Positions 60,301 through 64,000 of a stretch of 64,000 bases of DNA are shown here, piece by piece. Source of the DNA: Schizochytrium sp. TIO01 (taxonomy: Eukaryota; Protista; Bigyra: Labyrinthulomycetes); the NCBI GenBank assembly GCA_004764695.1, contig SMSO01000031.1, forward strand, positions 8,476,761 through 8,540,760, given 5' to 3'. The position numbers and the translations under genes are program-made. The notes under the pieces are model-generated. The model searched no databases and was not told the origin of the DNA. It was given only the letters and a program-made list of their open reading frames with translations. Each line of letters opens with the position of its first letter. The stretch's first letter is position 1.

Positions 60301-63300
60301 ACAGGTCCTTACCTGCCCCTTGTGATGTTTGTACGAGTACTTGCGCACCTACCTACTCACATACTCATGACTTACTCATAAGATTCCGGACTTTTCACAT
60401 GTCTGCGGCCGGCTAGCTAAGGCTTTTTTGGGCTTGACAGTTGCCATGACTCGTTTCATGATCTTCTGTAATCAGGCGAAGAGCAAATCCGAATGGGCGT
60501 AAGTGAGGCGACGTATGATGTTGGTTCTTATGCGAGTCAGCTTTGTTTTATATTGCCAAGTAAGTGGTTTCCTGAGAACCTCAAAGGTAATTGCCTCTTA
60601 GAAATGATAATGTCTGTGCTCTGTTGGTCAAAGTGGGTACTTGAATTACGCGTGCTCTTTGCTAGTATTTGATAGTAGGTGCTAGTGCTTCCTGATAGAG
60701 AGACACTCCCTCAAAGAAACGGCTGAAGGAATAGGATCGTTTGTGGGGGTTTCTCAGTTGCTTGTGAGTGATGCCAGATACTGGGTTACCCGCATCTTTT
60801 AACTTTGTAAGCTTCTTTCTATATTGCTGAAAAAAATATAAAAATATATATATAATGCCGACTCATTTTTGTCGAATAAATGTGACGCCATTTGCATGGA
60901 ATGATATCATGCCGCCTTAACATTGGCGCTCCTGTAGACAGGTAGCCCGACTCTTCCGTACGTTCTGTTATTTACACGAACCCGAGTTAGTCTCTACAGT
61001 ATACTCGCGATGACTCAACCAATTGAGAGACTGTATGGTGGTCTCGTAGTCCTTTTATTATTATTAAAAATAATAATTAAATAATTAAAACAAATGAATT
61101 TTAAATAAAAACAATGAAACTTAAAAGTAGGTGTCTAACAGATTGAGAGGGCCAAATACAGACGATTTGGAATTTATTTACCTACTGACCATGAGATGTG
61201 TAGCTTCACTTTCCATCAGGGTCAATATACATGAATTCCTCTGTTGTAGTTGCAGGATCACAAGGTTTAGGATGCCCAGACCTGCTTCCGTCCTTCCACC
61301 TACCCTATCTTTTCTTTCCAATTTTGTTGGTATATGAAAATGAGTCCAGGCTCTAAAAGTAAAAACCCGTTTATTATATATTATATATTTTATTTTATAA
61401 AGTGAGAACTTTTTTTTAAAAGAGCAACTCCCATATTCCCGAGTTTTTTTGTTTTTTTTTTTCAGGAATGATGAGAAAAGAAAAGCAATACAATAGTCGA
61501 AGCGACAGAAACTCCAAAATTATTCACGACTCAACGGAAATCTTATCCCCGAGTGGTAAAATTAAATGAAGTAGAGCCGAAGAATACCGAGTCTCCGAGA
61601 ATTAAATCTCTTTCTGACTTTAGCGAATCCAATACAACTGCCTTAATTACCGATCTCCCCTCTTTTACGTTGACTTTGAAATAAGTTTGTACAAAATGAA
61701 ACCGATCTGTTAAGTCTACCAAGCATGGCAACATAAACGACATAGTCTTAATCCCACCAAATGCATATGAATATTGGTAAGATTTTAAAAAAGCATCTTA
61801 AAAAGTCACGATCCAAGTCACAACCACGATTGTATAAGTTGCCGTATAAAGCGTTTTCAATCGTATCGACCTAAGTAGGTCTTTACTGTCAGTAGTGTTT
61901 TTCAAATATTCGTCATCTCAGGGTCTGTATGCAAATCCAGCCTTCAAAGGCCCACCTCTTTCAATACCTACTTGCTTATCTCTTTGGATGGTACTTGCAA
62001 GTATGTTCCAACTAACATATTTACAGCAAGAGTCGCTTAGCTTGTTTTTCTGTTAGTATTGTAATAATCCAAGGATTTGCCTATGAAAACGTCGGCAGGA
62101 GTGAAAAAGTCAGAGAGTGTGCTTTTTATTTTCCCTCATGAAGCAATTTCCACTGCCCATAACTATCACGTAGTGAAGCAAACGCCTGGGGCTCTTTTCT
62201 TTCTAAGTATTGCAGCGTCACCGTGGTGTTATAGTATCTATGCCCGGTGTCGAGGATGAATTCTTGATATTTTAGTGAGTTTAAAACTTGCTCGTTGCAC
62301 AGCTTGCCATTTGTCCCAATGACTACACATAATTATAATTCCATATCAGGGGCTCCCAGACCATAATTCAGATTGTTCTACGCATTAAATCACTGGATTA
62401 TAGGTGTTGTCGAAGAGATTCTTGTTGCTCTTGTCAATTTTAATATGTTTTTGTTAATTTAACATATTATGCCTCTTGTTGCCAATACAAAGTTCAAGTA
62501 TACCTTTGACAGATACAGGATGATTTCAACGCTTAGAAGTGCATATTAAGACCCCTAGTGTAATTAATTCGTTATTAAATAGTAAGTAGCTTTCCCTTGA
62601 GGTTTCTTTAAATATTTGTCCGCTTTTCCAAAACCACGCGCAAGATATCATGGTAATGGAAAAGCTGCACTCGTCAATGAGCCAAAATCGTCAACTCTTT
62701 CTAGTAATAAAAAAAGCTAGGCTCTCTAGCTCTTTAAAGCAAATGCAACATGATCGTTATCAAAAACCTGCCTCGGTCAAATGTGCTCCTGGCTTCTAAA
62801 AAGGTAAGATAATCAGAATTTGCCCACTCTCGGGAGTTCTTGAATTTCTAAAATCCTAGTACTTCACCACGATACATGACTGGGGCAAAGGCCCCAGATT
62901 TGTACGACTAGCTGTTTTACCTTGTCCTTTCTTCCACTTGCTCACATTTTGCTATTCTTTTATTGGTTGCTACCACTTCCTTTCCTTGTTGTTCAATCGG
63001 CGGCCCGGTTATACTCATTTGATGACTTTGAATGGGGCGATATGCAGTAGCTAGTACTACTGAGTATACCTACCTATGGGTAGTGTGGTGAGGATTATCA
63101 CACCGAACCAGACATGAAAGACACCTTCGCCGACACATAGGTCGAACTCCATGAAGACCAGTCTTGAAGTATTTATTTATTGGCGTCCTGCATAACGATA
63201 CTAATAAATTCGATGGGTGGAAAGAACTTGAGCGGTTGTTCTGCAAGGCCCCGCAAATAACTTGCGCTTCAAGTACTAATCTGTTCGGAAACTGAGCTGG

Positions 63301-64000
63301 GCAGAGCCCAGGTGGTGTCGCAATACCGGTGGCGTGTCTGGAATACACGCCACGCGTTCGCGCCCTTTGGCAAGTGCACAAGTAAGATAGCGCGAGCGAG
63401 GGCAGCTGGACGGCACTCTCCGAGGACACGCCTTTATCTCGAGGTTGATGGGATTTTTGCTTCAAGCCTCGAAGCGCTTCAAGTTCTCTACCACTGTCTT
63501 AAGCTGCCGAATACACAGTTCTTCTGTGGTGCGAAGAGAATTCACTGCTTCGGTCACCAACCTATGTAGAATTGCAGAGCAGAGCAGAGCAGGGCAGTGC
63601 ATTAGTGCAGTGCAGTAGGATGTTTGTTGCCCAGGAGCATACGCGTGAAACTCCTGCCTCCTTCCATGCTTTCGCATGACACGATGGTGATTGAGGTTGG
63701 CGGGTCCGCAGCGCGGCTGTGGCGAATGTCTTTCCAGCATGAGCTCGCAACCGACCTTCGAACCCCCCGTGGTATAGACGTGCGAGTCAGCAGCCGGGAC
63801 GGTGTGCCTTTCATTCTTCAAAACCGCTTTCATCAATCTTGAAGAGGCCCAGCACTGGTTCTTATGCACGCTCATAGAAAGCAGAAGGACTCGCTCGCTG
63901 ACATTGAGGTGTAGTACCTAGCTAGTAATACTACCTTCGTTGATTGGGTTGATACCACCGCAGTTTGTCGGTTACTTTAGTTTCGCGATGGTCGACTTGG

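Overview
Eukaryotic nuclear DNA with few introns and many microsatellites. It comes from a flagellated organism (IFT74 is present) and is most consistent with a heterotrophic stramenopile such as a thraustochytrid (inference). The first ~42 kb is gene-rich: an AGC/PDK1-like non-RD kinase, a multi-OB-fold protein closely resembling metazoan RADX, a hidden two-exon 127-aa gene, kinesin-14, cathepsin Z, an NCA2/DGS1-family protein, a frameshifted IQ + degenerate double-cyclase + TPR + CaaX gene, a TPR-like protein that may be a FANCG homologue, a (6-4) photolyase/cryptochrome, LST8, AP-1 sigma (one intron), IFT74 and an ERGIC/Erv46-family protein. Between genes lie decayed Ty1/copia-like fragments and pseudogenes, including a cadherin/FG-GAP-like one. 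The last ~22 kb is almost gene-free, with one orphan ORF, a long (AAT)n tract and small tandem duplications. I saw no rRNA, tRNA or CRISPR arrays. The most notable candidates are the RADX-like and possible FANCG-like genes (an animal-type fork-protection/crosslink-repair toolkit in a protist) and the frameshifted pseudo-cyclase. All homology calls come from motif recognition and remembered sequences, not from database searches.
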